A stretch of DNA of 64,000 bases from Mizuhopecten yessoensis (taxonomy: Eukaryota), in NCBI RefSeq assembly GCF_002113885.1, contig NW_018404512.1, forward strand, positions 799,782 through 863,781, written 5' to 3'. The notes under the pieces are model-generated. The model was not told the origin of the DNA, did not search any database, and worked only from the letters and a program-made list of their open reading frames with translations. The stretch's first letter is position 1; each line of letters starts with the position of its first letter. The translations under genes were made by a program, and so were the position numbers. Positions 52,275 to 64,000 of this stretch are shown piece by piece.

Positions 52275-53100
52275 TTACTGTGGAGGAACAGCCACAGACT
52301 GTGCAACCACCACCGGTCCAAGGGAATACAATCCATCAGAATGAGAAACCAAGGACCGGAGATAAAAATCCGTGAAGGTAGTTTGTCCGCGCCAGGAGGT
52401 CGCGGACATGACCTCCTGAAAGGGGGACCCATTGAGGAGGGCCCATGACGCAGAAAGGGCCCTGATCCCATGAGCTCTCACCTTATGCATGGCCCGAACC
52501 TGATCATCTGAGTGATCGTAACCGTACGTGATGACCTGACAGATCCATCTAGACACTGACTGAGAGGAGATATCCTGCTGACCTTGCTTAATGGGCAAAA
52601 ACAGACGAGATCGAGGACCCCGCCTCCCTGGTTTTATCGAGGTAAAACCTAAGAGCCCGACAGGGACAGAGCAACCTATCCTGTTCCTCAGACCCAACGA
52701 AGGCAGTCAAAAACGGAATCTGAATAGGATCGGGCGAGAAGTCAGGAACCTGATTCTTAGCCATGAAGGCAGGATCGGTGAGAAGGGTAACGGCAGAATA
52801 ATTCCTGGACCACCGGAGGCAAGAGGGGTGAGAAGACAAGGCATGAATCTCACTCCTCCTTCGACCTGAGGCCAGAGCAATAAGGAATACCACCTTGTAG
52901 GTAACAAACTTCAAGGATGCAGACGCTAAAGGCTCATAAGGTGCTCGTATCAACGATTTGAGCGCCAGTGGCAAATTCCACTGCGGAGCCAACCGCCGGA
53001 CCTTAGGCCTGTCAAACCCAAACCCCCTAATCATGGCAGAAAGAGAGGAGGACGAGCCTACCTCCGACCTACCATGAACAGAGAGAACACTAGCAATAGT
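52275..53100 (-). pseudogene. DIRS tyrosine recombinase (N-terminally deleted, one frameshift near 52630)
   Basis: PQWNLPLAL..APYEPL..KVVFLIALASGRRRSEIHAL, LCPCRALRFYL, VRAHGIRALSASWA, SWRGQTTFTDFYLR. The R / HxxR / Y catalytic residues are present but split across two frames. Confidence 0.9.
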
Positions 53101-53279
53101 ACCTAGAAAAGCCCGCCGGAGCGAGGCATCCTGCGATAGCTTCCACGCGTGATGTTGGAGGATCTCCGGACGAGAGTGCATCGTCCTGGACCGAGGCTGG
53201 CGAAGGAGGTTCGCTCTGAGAGGAATTGCCAGCACCCTGCCCACCAGGTTAAAGGGCGGGAATGCATATGCACCTCTCT

Positions 53280-53912
53280 CACTAGGTGGACAATGAGGGA
53301 GTCGTCGAAATAGATGTGAACATCTATTCTTCGAGAGTCCAGGAATCCTCCGACCACCTGCAGCAGCTTGCTGAAAACCAAAGGTGCAGTCGAGAGCCCG
53401 AACGGCATGGCCCGGAACTGGAAGACCTTTCCGTTGCAAGTAAAACGGAGGTAATTCTGTGCCGACTTCCTGATGGGGATGTGAGAGTAGGAGTCCTTCA
53501 GATCTACGGAAGTCGCCCATATTCCCTCTCTCACGAAGGCGATAATACCGCGAGGAGTCTCCATCTTGAAGTGAGGAGAATCTACGTGCTTGTTGAAGGC
53601 ACTTAGATCTATGATGGGACGCCACGCCTCGGACCTCTTCCAAACCAGAAACATTCTGGAGTAGAACCCGGGAGTGCATTCCGACATAGGAACCTCCTCG
53701 ACCGCGCCCTTGGTAAGCATGGTCCTTACTTCCTCCTGGAGAGCCAGATCCTTTTCCGGATTCCCCGGTGGGGGAAAAAAGATTGGCTCTGACGTTAAGG
53801 GCGGGTCCCGCACTAGCGGAATGCATAATCCCTCCTTGACCACAGACAAGGCCCATGCGTCTTCCGTAATTTCCTTCCACTCTGGAAGGAAAGCGGAAAG
53901 ACGACCCGCCAC
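53280..53912 (-). pseudogene. DIRS reverse transcriptase, truncated just after the catalytic motif (RNase H deleted)
   Basis: GRLSAFLPEW, GFYSRMFLV.K....WRPIIDL, FKMET, DLKDSYSHIPI, QFRAMPFGLSTAPLVF, IYFDD. Confidence 0.92.
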
Positions 53913-53977
53913 AGGAAGATCTGGTCGAGGCAGATCGAGACCTTGCCAGACAAGAGAACCGTCTGCAAACCCGACGC

Positions 53978-55242
53978 CTAATCCTGCGGGAGAAGGACCT
54001 TAGCGTGAGCCGAGAGGACTGCAGAAGACTGCGAAGCCGAAGGTTTCGCCTTCTTCTTAGGAGGCTTCGAGGTACTGGCCTTCTCAGCCTGAATCCTCTT
54101 CACCAGAAGTGCAGAGGCGGCCGAGTCCTCCTTCAAATCCTTCTGAACAGAAGGAAGGGCCCCTCCAAAAAGAGTGGACCCTGAGGAGCCACCAAAGAAC
54201 CCAAAAGGGTGGTGAACTCGGGGACAGATGACGCCGAAGGTGGTGGGCAAACCTCCTCCCCAAGAATCTGGGAAACGTCGGCCGTAAGGCCCCGCATACC
54301 GGACAACACATGTGGGCCTCAACCTCAGCATCCTCAGGGTCACCCTCATCCTGGACATCCTCCTCAGAGGGCAAGCCCTCAACGTCCATAGCCTCCACAC
54401 CAGCCAGACCAAAAGCCTCGGGCGGAGGAAATGGGCCAGCCAGAGGGGCCAACGGTCAACACGTCTCCAAGAGGGAGAGACCACACCCCAAGGATTCCTT
54501 GACTGAAAAGCCATGGGGCTAAATCCATATCCCGGAGGATAAGGGAAAGGTCTCGCGGGTTGGGAATGACCCCAGAACTGGCCAAACTGGCCTGCCTGAG
54601 ACTGGGGCTGGCCATCTTGCCAAAAGGGCGAAGGTGGACCGCCATTCCCTCCAGGTTGAAACCCGGACATGTACGGGCTAATCCCATAACTGCCGGGATG
54701 ATGCCGCAACCCATAACCATCCGCAGGCTGGTTAGGGCGGCCCAAGGATGGTTGCCCGCAGGCCCCCGTATACCCTAAGCCAGGGGAAAACGGAGGCCGG
54801 AACCCGGCCCCCTGTTGTGCAACCCCCCCCCCCCCCCCCCTCAGGTTCCCGGCCGAATGAAACTCCGGGCCGGACCTAATAGGACCAGGGCCGGGTAACT
54901 GACCGGAAAGGTAAGCTTTACTAATATTGATGCCGGGAAAAGTGACTAATCTCGGTAGACACAGACAATCCCGAAAGAAAGTCTGTCGTCACACCAGGAC
55001 CTGAACCCGAAAGAACAGGCCCGGCACAAAGACTGTTTCCAAACACACCACCACCTGGAATGCCGGGATCACTGACAGAGTCAGTGACCGGCGGCCGGTA
55101 GTCTCTACCCGAAGGCAAGCGCGAAAGCTTACGGGCATTCCCGGCCAATTCGACCTTTGGCTGTGCCAAGCCAGGGTCGGCCTGCCACTCCCCTACTCCA
55201 GGAAGGGCCACCCCAGAGACAGTACCACCAGACCCCAGAGAA
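53978..55242 (-). pseudogene. Fragmented DIRS gag-like ORF1 (P/G/Q-rich low complexity)
   Basis: Lies upstream of RT in the same GC-rich island; several frameshifted ORFs with PYMSGFQPGG, QAGQFGQFWG and acidic or basic patches. Confidence 0.6.
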
Positions 55243-55834
55243 CTTTTTTTAAGGCATTCAATATGATAACTTTTCGTTTCTCAAGGAGTTTGATAAAAAA
55301 TAAATTAATTTCAATTCATTGTTGAACATGTATACGTACGTATTAGTTGGTGGTTATAAAAATTTGTTATAATGTGATATTATGATAAAATAGAGACATG
55401 ACGCAATGCAAAGACATGATGTCAAGATGGCGATATTGAAGTTTGTAAGATGTCAGAATTGTTTTTAGCTTCGCGAATTTTCATATACAAAATGTTCATT
55501 TCCGGTAATGTGATACAAAAAAAGTCTTGAATTCATTTTCATGTCAAATGGGATTGCTGAAACCTGTCCGGCCGTTCACTTTTTTTTCCTCGACAGATCT
55601 TCGCTGTGATAAAAGTAGACTACTTTGTAAATTTTGATATGAACAGGAAAGTAAGATATTTCCGATAATGTTGCCAGGGTTACCTCCCATATCATAGCAA
55701 ACGGTCCCGAACTCCTGTTGCAGCGTCCAGCAAGTTTGATCAGGAATCTCACACAAGCGCTCCCACTGTACATTCTTATGGTGTAAATGATAGGTAATTC
55801 ACGTGCTTATCTGACTTACTGAAAAAGTAATGGA

Positions 55835-57050
55835 ATCATTTCATTTCAAATATATTTTATTGATTAAACAAAAGGATTGAGCAACAGGCTTTGCCTATAT
55901 AAGCTCTCTCCATGGCTTCTAGCATACTTTTGAAATTTGAAGACATTGAATACAATATTTACATACATACATTTTATTTCAACTCATCTCATGACACATG
56001 GATACATTTATTGCTAGGTAATATACATTTAATTAGGCTGGCTTAATATTTTCATGTTTCTACAGAAAAAAAAATCCTTGGAAAAGAAATTACAAACTTT
56101 GCGATATTTAATATAGTTGTGAAATTTGTGTCAAGAAGAATTAAATATACCGTTATGAATATGCACAGTATTCAAATCGAATTAAGTATATGGATATACG
56201 TCTTGACCTTGAGCAACTAAAATTTGCTACGGCAACATGAAATAAAGCAAAACTGATACATGCATGTATGCTGATAAAGAAATGTACCAGGACTTAATTT
56301 GAAGTAGACATGTCTTGAGATAAGTTGGAAAATCAAATAGAAAATTAACTAAAAGAAAACAGAAAAAAAAATATATAAAAAAAATAAAATAAAAAATAAT
56401 AATATGAAAACACAAAAAGACATAAATAATTATATAAGAACACAAAATAATCTCAATCACTCACTCATACACTCTAACACCACATTTGTATCTACAGGCA
56501 TGGGTTTGTTGGTTTATTTAATGTAGTTTATATTTGTTTTAAATGAATGTGCAGTTGGGCATTAAATATGATAACAAAGTACACTAGTTCACAGGATACA
56601 AATATGTGGCATTTTGGTATTTCATAATAAATTATTAGTTTTTCAATAATTATTTAAATTATAACTATTGATTTACATTACTCCATCATACCTTAAGTGT
56701 CATGACCACATAAAGTCCCTGGACATTTGTTGCCCTGTGATCAATCAACCTTGGTACATTATATGTAAATATATATATTTATTATCCACTATCAACAGAA
56801 ATAATGAATTTATCTTACAGAATACAAAGAATACACCAACCACATACAGCTTGTATATTTATCTATTTAAAGCGTCCTGTAGCATTAATGTATTTATGCA
56901 CAAACTCCATCAATTGATAATGGAATCAATTTAAGTAACTTTAGACTAGACTATTTTGAGAAACGATGGATAAGTTTGGATAAGTGATCATTCCATGGAC
57001 ATTTTCCAAACAAAGAAAGGTAGAGTAATTGATTTGATGTTATCTTTATA
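55835..57050 (-). mobile_element. Degraded CR1/L2-like LINE 3' remnant
   Basis: Minus-strand 3' end GGAGAGAGCTTATATAGGCAAAGCCTGTTGCTCAATCC...AATAAAATATATTTGAAATGAAATGA (hairpin, polyA signal, short-repeat tail). Upstream peptide remnant PWNDHLSKL resembles the post-RT W..HI motif. Confidence 0.45.
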
Positions 57051-60000
57051 AATTTTGGAAATATCGTTGATTTCCAATACTTAATATTTGTGGCGACGAC
57101 ACTGAAATGTACAGAATGTTTTCTTCTTTCTTCGAGTTGTCTTTCTTGACATGCTACGCTATTACGCTGGACAAACACTTCGACGTGTACTGATGGTACA
57201 TTGTACCTCACACTCTCCGCCCTAACTAAATAATATGGAGGGACAATGGCTAGTGCTGACTACTTGGCATATGGATGCATATGTTTGAACAAAATGTAAC
57301 TGGTGGCGAATGATCTGACCAACTGGCGAGCTTTCTCTTTCATCAGCTAAAATACATTTCACCAACCCACGTTGTCCACGGGGGCTAAGAACTATAGGCA
57401 TGGAATAAATAATAATAATAACTAGTAATATAATTTGCTTTCAATTATTGAAATACATAAAGGAAGACTAAAATTTATTGATGGGCACTTTAAGGAGTAA
57501 ATCTGCAAAAGGATCATGGTAACTTGTACATGTACGGAAACTATTTCTATCATGTTCCCCCAGGGAACTAATCATTGGGGACTAAATATACTGATATGAT
57601 AAGTAAGGAAATCCTAGGGGAATTAATTAATAGTCTGGAATTGAGAACGAAATACCCGAAGAACCTCACGTACAAAGTATTATAAGGTATGTGTTCCTAG
57701 AGGAGGTCAATAAACGTGATGATACGGAATGAGCTTCCTGAGGGAACAATGCTCAGATTGTGCAAGGAAGTAAGTGTCTTGAGATAATCAAATGGACGCA
57801 TATAATGTAATCCTAAGAGTGTGTATCAGGAAAGAATCAATGTAAAGAGTCGGTTTAGGAAACATTCCTTTTTCATAATCTTTAAAAGGATTCCCCGAGG
57901 AAACCGACCGATGACTGATGTAAGAGGTATTGGGCACTTTATATCAATTTTATAAACATCAAGATGGAATATATCCAGTTTATATTAAATAATTTGATTA
58001 ACTTATATCATATACTTACACAAACTTCCCATTCTTCTATTTATCTTCAGAGATACCCCATCACGTAAGCTAGGCGGACGGCGAACACGCAGAAGAACAT
58101 CATATAACTCTAGTTCCCTCATGGAATTGACAGCGAAACGTGTCTTCTCTTGCTTATTTTTTTCTCAGTCTCGTTCAAAAGATCGTTTAAAGGTGTTATT
58201 CAAAAAACCACTCAGCCTTCGTTTTTTTAAAAACTTTGCAGTATTTTACAGTACACTAAAACATACCTGAATATGTCATTCCTTTTCCAGTTGTGAAATG
58301 TAAAAGGTCCACATGCCTTATTATTTGAAAGAAATCCGGGTGTGAGTGGTTTCTATGGGGAATTTAACATTAGCTGGAACCCCAGCTTTAACATCTGTAT
58401 ACCAGTTGGAATACGGGTTTTGGCCACACATCAATACATGTTTGTACCTAAAACCTTACTACACAGTTACACAATTAACCTAATTAAGTATCCTGCCTTC
58501 AACCACAGGTCTTTAAAGCAGATAAACTATCCCCCCCGCCCCTACTACAAAAATGCATTACTGACCTAGAACCATTGATGTCGTTTATTTGTTTTTCATC
58601 CAAACCCCCTCCACCTCTCCTGCAAACATCTAAAAGACATTCTTATATTTTTAATGAAAATAATGCTTATCCCACACAACACGCTAAAATGGCATATCTA
58701 AGAAAAACAAAATGTTTAAAGAGATGTTGTCCTGGTAGAAACGAATTATAGTCGTGCTATTACAGTTAGTGGTAACTCGCACCAATAGACGGGTGACACC
58801 TTAAGGAACACATACTCTTAATACTCCACCACTTTACATCGTTTCTCTGTACAGAACTCCTAGAAAGTCATCGTCGGAAGTGGATTATTTCAAAAGAGAT
58901 ATTTTATTACATTTTATTTGAGTGATTCGTTGTGAGCGTTGAAATGTTCAAGAAAGAAGAGAATGAATGTTTTTATATAGCCATTCCTAAAACACAATTA
59001 CAATAGAGTGAAATGGCAGGGCTGAGGTGATGCTAATGGAATCTTACGTTTTGTACGCTCTAGCTTCTTCTAGTACTACTTCTGTAGACTCTGTATTTAG
59101 ACGAGGGCAGTTATCAGTGCTCATGTTCAGATGATTGACGTGTCCCTCTGGATGTCCTTGTGCCAAATATGAGGGATTCAGCCTTAATACAGACATCGAT
59201 ATTTCTTAAATGAAACATTGGAATAGTTCAGGACTATAATTTTTAAACAAACGTTGTATTTGTAGCGTCACATTTACAAAGAATGTACAACATGTTCAAC
59301 ACACTTTAGACATGAAGTCAATTATTTGAGTCTTAATACAATTGACGGGCCCTAAATGGAAGCATTATATATATGGTGTTGTAAAGATACCTGGCATTCT
59401 GCGTTGATTTACTGTTATGTTATTTGCTATTTTCCTTCTTATCTTTAGTGACTATCTAATGTTGAGGTTCATTTCTCCCAAGAAAACTGTTCTACCAGGA
59501 CATACTGGTCATTGGGGAGATAAATGGCATCACATGACTTCTTACTTTCAAACCAGATCTGATAAATATCCGTGAACTCGTCAACTTATGTTACTTTCAT
59601 TTGTTCCATGATTAGTTATGTTGTCTTTTCCTACTTTTTTATTGCGAAAACTCTTTGAATACGTCTACGATAAATTGCGTTGCCTATTCGTTTCTCTACA
59701 AACGAGTCAGATTTTTCGCGTATACGACAATATAGACTAGATTCATGTTCTCAGCATCCAGAAGAGATTCCTCATTTTGGTTGTTCAACTACATTTTTAC
59801 GTTAAGTTTTTGTTTTGAAATTCGTAATACTTTTTTACGAATATTCAAAAACACATGTTGATTTATTAAGCAAAGTTTATAAATAATCGCCCTATGGTCT
59901 ATTCCATACAGCCGAGAACAATCGCTAAGCAACGGTATGCCGAGACGGTGACGCCAGTAGTCAAAATTATATCGAGACATTTCGTCTCAATTACTCTCTT

Positions 60001-60764
60001 AACATTTTGCCCCTTAATGGATGTTAAAATGGATTCATAAAAACTGACTCAGCTGGTTTCTCTGTCTGGTTTTCCTCGTCTCAGTTAATATCAGCAAGGG
60101 GAATTTGACAGACAACCACATCAAAGCGTAATTATGCCATCAGACAGCTGTCCGTGGAGGGATTTTAGTAACTTCAGAGATTGTATGTCCAAAATCTTCA
60201 CAGGGAGAGGCTGACCAAACAAGTATTAGAAGTTTTATTGGAGTTCTGAGCAGACAACCAAAATATCTTGATAAAGAAGAGAGATAGGCACTTTAAACCT
60301 AAGGAAACTAGAAATATGTCAGAATGACATGAAAGTCAACCAATCATTTTATATGATCATTTTCCGATAAATCATTGACCAAGCTACAACGGATATATTT
60401 CCACCTGTCAATCAAAATAGTAAACAATTACCAGGTGTAAATACATACATGCTGTTCAGGTAGCCATGGCAACACAGGGAATTAATAGGAAAGCATGTCG
60501 CAAATATAACGTTAGCGTTGACCGACACCTCGAATATGGGGAGATCTGCGCGCTGACACGGTCACCTGGCATGGGCAGAACAGGTAATTGGAATATAACG
60601 ATGTTGTTTCAACAACAATAAGTTTCAGAAAAGATTCAATCTTATATACGGATAAATCTTCTACTACTTTTTGTTATGAAATACACTTTTCCAAGTAGTT
60701 TTCTGATCGTCTGCAAATCCGACTCTATCGGTCATCGATATCAGCAAAATGTGTACTGTACGCT

Positions 60765-60772
60765 TATAAAAG
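60765..60772 (+). promoter_or_regulatory. Candidate TATA box
   Basis: TATAAAAG in a CpG-richer context, downstream of several E-boxes. No downstream CDS was identified in the window. Confidence 0.25.
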
Positions 60773-61875
60773 GCAGTCACTTCGACGAGGACCACCAACA
60801 GCCGAATTCGCAAGACATGAAGAACACCAATTCTCCTTCTAAATGAAAAGATCGGAATGTATTTGGCTGTTTTGAACCCGTTGATATTTAATTTTCAAAC
60901 TCAAACTTTTATCATTATCGGTTCAATTCGCATGGATGTCATTGTAAATTCCTGCTGGTTAATAGTATCACGTAAGTTCGACTCTTTGCGGTACACAAAC
61001 TTGCTAACTTCGCCACTTTACCCGTGTCGTTTTGACACATTCCTTCGGACAAGATTGAAGAGTTCAGCAAGATTTTACCCAAGAACGACATTTTTACCAC
61101 AGAGTAATACATCCGATGCAATTCTTCGTTATGTTTCCCGATACGTGGTATTTATCAATTCACAACGTAACGTCCTGAAAAGTTGAGCCTACTTTACTCG
61201 AGTTTATTTATCCGATTCTATAGTATTATATGACTTAAACTTGCAACTTTTCGTAATTGTTAAATTGGCAATGCAATCAGGGATTATTCAACGAAATGTA
61301 GCAGTTGTATTGCTGTTAGCATATCAAAACATTTCCGAAAATCCTCGAAAAATTTACGAGAAATGGTCGCGACCAAGGACTGGTTTTGGATTGTTCTTGA
61401 GTATCGTGTACACCCCTTTCTTGACACTTCATTTTCCCATTAAAAAAGTGTGCACTATACGCAAATATTAACGGTAGTCGTTGGTCAGACATGAAATATA
61501 TAAATCAGTCAATAGCAATTTATAATACGACAATTTACCCCTTTGGGAACCTCAAAGGTGCCTGTTTCATACTCGGAACATTTTTAGGTTATATGTAATT
61601 CCCGTGGGGAATTTGGAACGCCTTTAGGTTTTATTCTATTCCTGTTTAAAAAGGAAATCGATATCTGAGTTATCCAAGAGCTTGTTATTAGCGCCTGGTA
61701 TATTCCGACAGAAGCAAGATACACAACAGCCCTCCTAACAGAGGTCAAAATCTGGGACGAAACCAAAATTTATAGTCCCCACTGGGGTTCCCCAAGGGGT
61801 GACTAAAACCCCCCAAAACAATCCATTATGATTCTACCAGAAAACAAGCGTAGAAAAGCCTAATGCCAGGGATAA

Positions 61876-62062
61876 TTTGTTTTGGTTTGGTTTGTTTGTG
61901 TTTACGACCTATTAACAGCTAATGTCATTAAAGGACATGCCAGGTTTTGGTGGTGGAGGAGAGCCGGAGTCCCGGAGAAAAGCCACCGACGTACGGCCAG
62001 TACCTGGCGACGTCCCCACGTAGGCCTCGAACCCGCGACCCAGTGGTGGAGTGCTAGTGGTA
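61876..62062 (-). mobile_element. tRNA-derived SINE with V-type domain, 5'-truncated
   Basis: Minus strand shows B-box GGTTCGAGGCC, V-domain-like GGCTTTTCTCCGGGACTCCGGCTCTCCTCCAC, and an (AAAC/AAACC)n tail. Confidence 0.78.
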
Positions 62063-62229
62063 CAATGTAGCAAAATAATGTAAAAAGAACTCAAACAAAA
62101 GTGACTGACAACCTAACATACGAATTGCTTTAACATTATCCTAATTGTACATTGTATGATAAACGCAAACTGGTCGCAATTCTATCAGTGAAGAAGAGTA
62201 TGGGTAAAGTAATCATAAACAGAAAAAAA

Positions 62230-63290
62230 ACAGAAATAAATCGCCGTATATATTGTACATATTGCACCAATAAAAAACATACACTATGCTCTGTTTAATT
62301 ACGACCTATTGTGGCCTACACAGATTCAATTGAGAACAATGTTTGGCTTGCAAATAAACTTGATTTACTGATGAGAAAACTAGCAAACAGGTGGACAACT
62401 TCGCATCGTACTTAAGTCTTTGTGGAATACCACTTCAAACGACGCAGTGTTCTTCCCTACCAATACATCAGTGGATAAACCGTTAAGTATAATAAGGATA
62501 GGTTGCAATGAGACAAAGCTCTAGAAAGAGATAGAAATATGTTGACAACACTATCGAAATGTAATAGTTTATACTCAACATCATATATTTCTCGTTCCAG
62601 CTTAAGATTAGACAACAAATATTTTAACAGTTTCGTAAAATTTCAGAACTGCATTAAATAAGACTATTGAAAGTATGTTTTGGAAGATCGCCAGAAAGGT
62701 GATAAAACCCCTACTCATCATGAACCAGGTTACTGAAAACGACTCCAACAAATGGCCGATGGTAGAATTCCTTTCTTAGTCGATGTAAAGAAACACTCAC
62801 AGAGATAATTGGCCCCACTTCAATTTACACCATTGTATGGTATTAAACGTTGAGGAGAGGGAAACCCTCTTAGACCGAAAAACATTGTAACTGAACATGT
62901 AACAAAAAGAAAAACTGCCTGTGAAAACCCCGTATTTACAATAAGACAAGTGGAAGAACAAAAGAAATAAATAAGGACGGGAACGATCGGAAGAAACGGA
63001 CAGTACGAGCTCAGAAAGGAAATATTACTGTTTCGATACAACAACATACATAAAAGTGTTGTCTGAAGCATTCACAACAGTAGTGTACGCAACATGCTCA
63101 TATTGGTTAAACAGATTGGAAATCCGAGTGTCGTCACAACGGATATCAGAGACATATCCAAACTATAGAACAGCAGGTTTGCTCTCTAAACACAATATAG
63201 ACTGGAAACGAAACTTAAACATAAGAAAAATCAGAGAATCAACTGTACAAGTTTTGATGAGCAGGTAAACAGATTCGAGAGAGACAGCAT
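62230..63290 (+). mobile_element. Penelope-like retroelement remnant (RT plus GIY-YIG region), heavily decayed
   Basis: Ordered motifs LRPIVAYTDS, DAVFFPTNTSVDK..IIR/DRLQ*DKALEKR, LNIIYFSFQ.KIRQQIF, DGRIPFL, KNIVTE, YIKVLSEAF, HNIDWK...RKIRES...MSR. Confidence 0.7.
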
Positions 63291-64000
63291 TTTGGCTTGA
63301 TTTATAATTCGTATTTTTGCATCTAGAAATGCACTGGGAAACATGTGAAGCGAAACTATATTTTTAAATCATTTCTAAAAAGAACACCATAACTTTTATG
63401 ACAAATAGGTCACACACACAAACAAACACAAATACTGCACACACTACCGCTGTAACGTCGGCTAGGCAGTGCTATGCCCTCGTTACTCTTCTCTCCTTTC
63501 TTGTTGCTGTCTACATTTGTAAACGGCTAACGTTAGTCTGTTTGACAAAATTAACATGAATTATAGGACATATCACACGTTTTTTCATTTGTTTTTGAAG
63601 GTATACGATTATGTGCTTTGAAATACTCATGTTCCATTGACTGAAGAGTTATCGTCTATTATTTCGTAACATTTTGAAAAGATGTCGAAATTCGTGAACT
63701 CGACCTGCAATGGTGCAGTTACTCTTAATGTACCTTCCCTCAATCTTGACACCCATGCTTTCCGCTACACCATCGTGTTAAAACTGTTTCCGTGTAATGA
63801 CCTATACGGCAGACTAGGAAATACTGATTCAATGACCGGTTTGACAGTTAGGGGACTAGTGATTCAACCTGGTCTATCACGTATGTAGTCCACGCGGTAT
63901 TTAAATCTCTACTGTACTGTCGTCTAGACTCATGGTTTTTATGAAACGTCTTTACTGTCTCGTTAAATAACAATTCAGATTCAGATGTCTTTATTTCTTG

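Larger units (their letters stand above)
51727..55242 (-). mobile_element. DIRS1-like tyrosine-recombinase retrotransposon, 5'-truncated and internally deleted
   Basis: GC-rich island with a gag-like region, RT, methyltransferase remnant (AYAFPPF, 53251-53271), YR, and right ITR plus internal complementary region, in canonical DIRS order. Confidence 0.93.

Noticed and set aside
52588-53880. 430-aa ORF as an intact novel protein
   Set aside because: The N-terminal half is an alternative frame of RT and the rest is a deletion-fused MT stub plus truncated YR; it is a chimera produced by decay.
61674-61808. Possible Helentron-type short element (3' TATAGTCCCC...GACTAAAA hairpin)
   Set aside because: Too short and degenerate to support from a single copy.
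63640-63900. 68-aa ORF near the window end
   Set aside because: No recognisable motifs on either strand, and stops flank it.

Overview
AT-rich, intron-containing animal DNA, most likely a bivalve mollusc or other lophotrochozoan (inferred from the repeat families and gene content). Two spliced protein-coding genes face each other tail-to-tail. (1) On +, the 3' 12 exons (2387-10735) of a class C GPCR of the GABA-B receptor family, with motifs of the invertebrate GABA-B-R3 subtype; the 5' exons lie outside the window. (2) On -, a 19-exon gene (13963-32761, about 1270-1290 aa) encoding a long coiled-coil rod built from 12 consecutive phase-2/phase-2 symmetric exons and ending in a Mieap (mitochondria-eating protein)-like domain. 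The apparently empty 33-41 kb region seems to hold two convergent, heavily decayed leucine-rich-repeat (LRRNT-LRR-LRRCT) receptor pseudogenes that the ORF track misses; this call is tentative. Mobile DNA includes a 5'-truncated, internally deleted DIRS1-like tyrosine-recombinase retrotransposon (51727-55242) with its right terminus and ICR intact, a hAT deletion derivative with a 5-bp TSD, a TA-TSD MITE, long-hairpin non-autonomous elements, Nin-type and V-type SINEs, and CR1-like and Penelope-like remnants. Several minisatellites are present, including one that amplifies a GABA-B splice donor about 15 times. All assignments come from manual translation and motif recognition; no database search was run.
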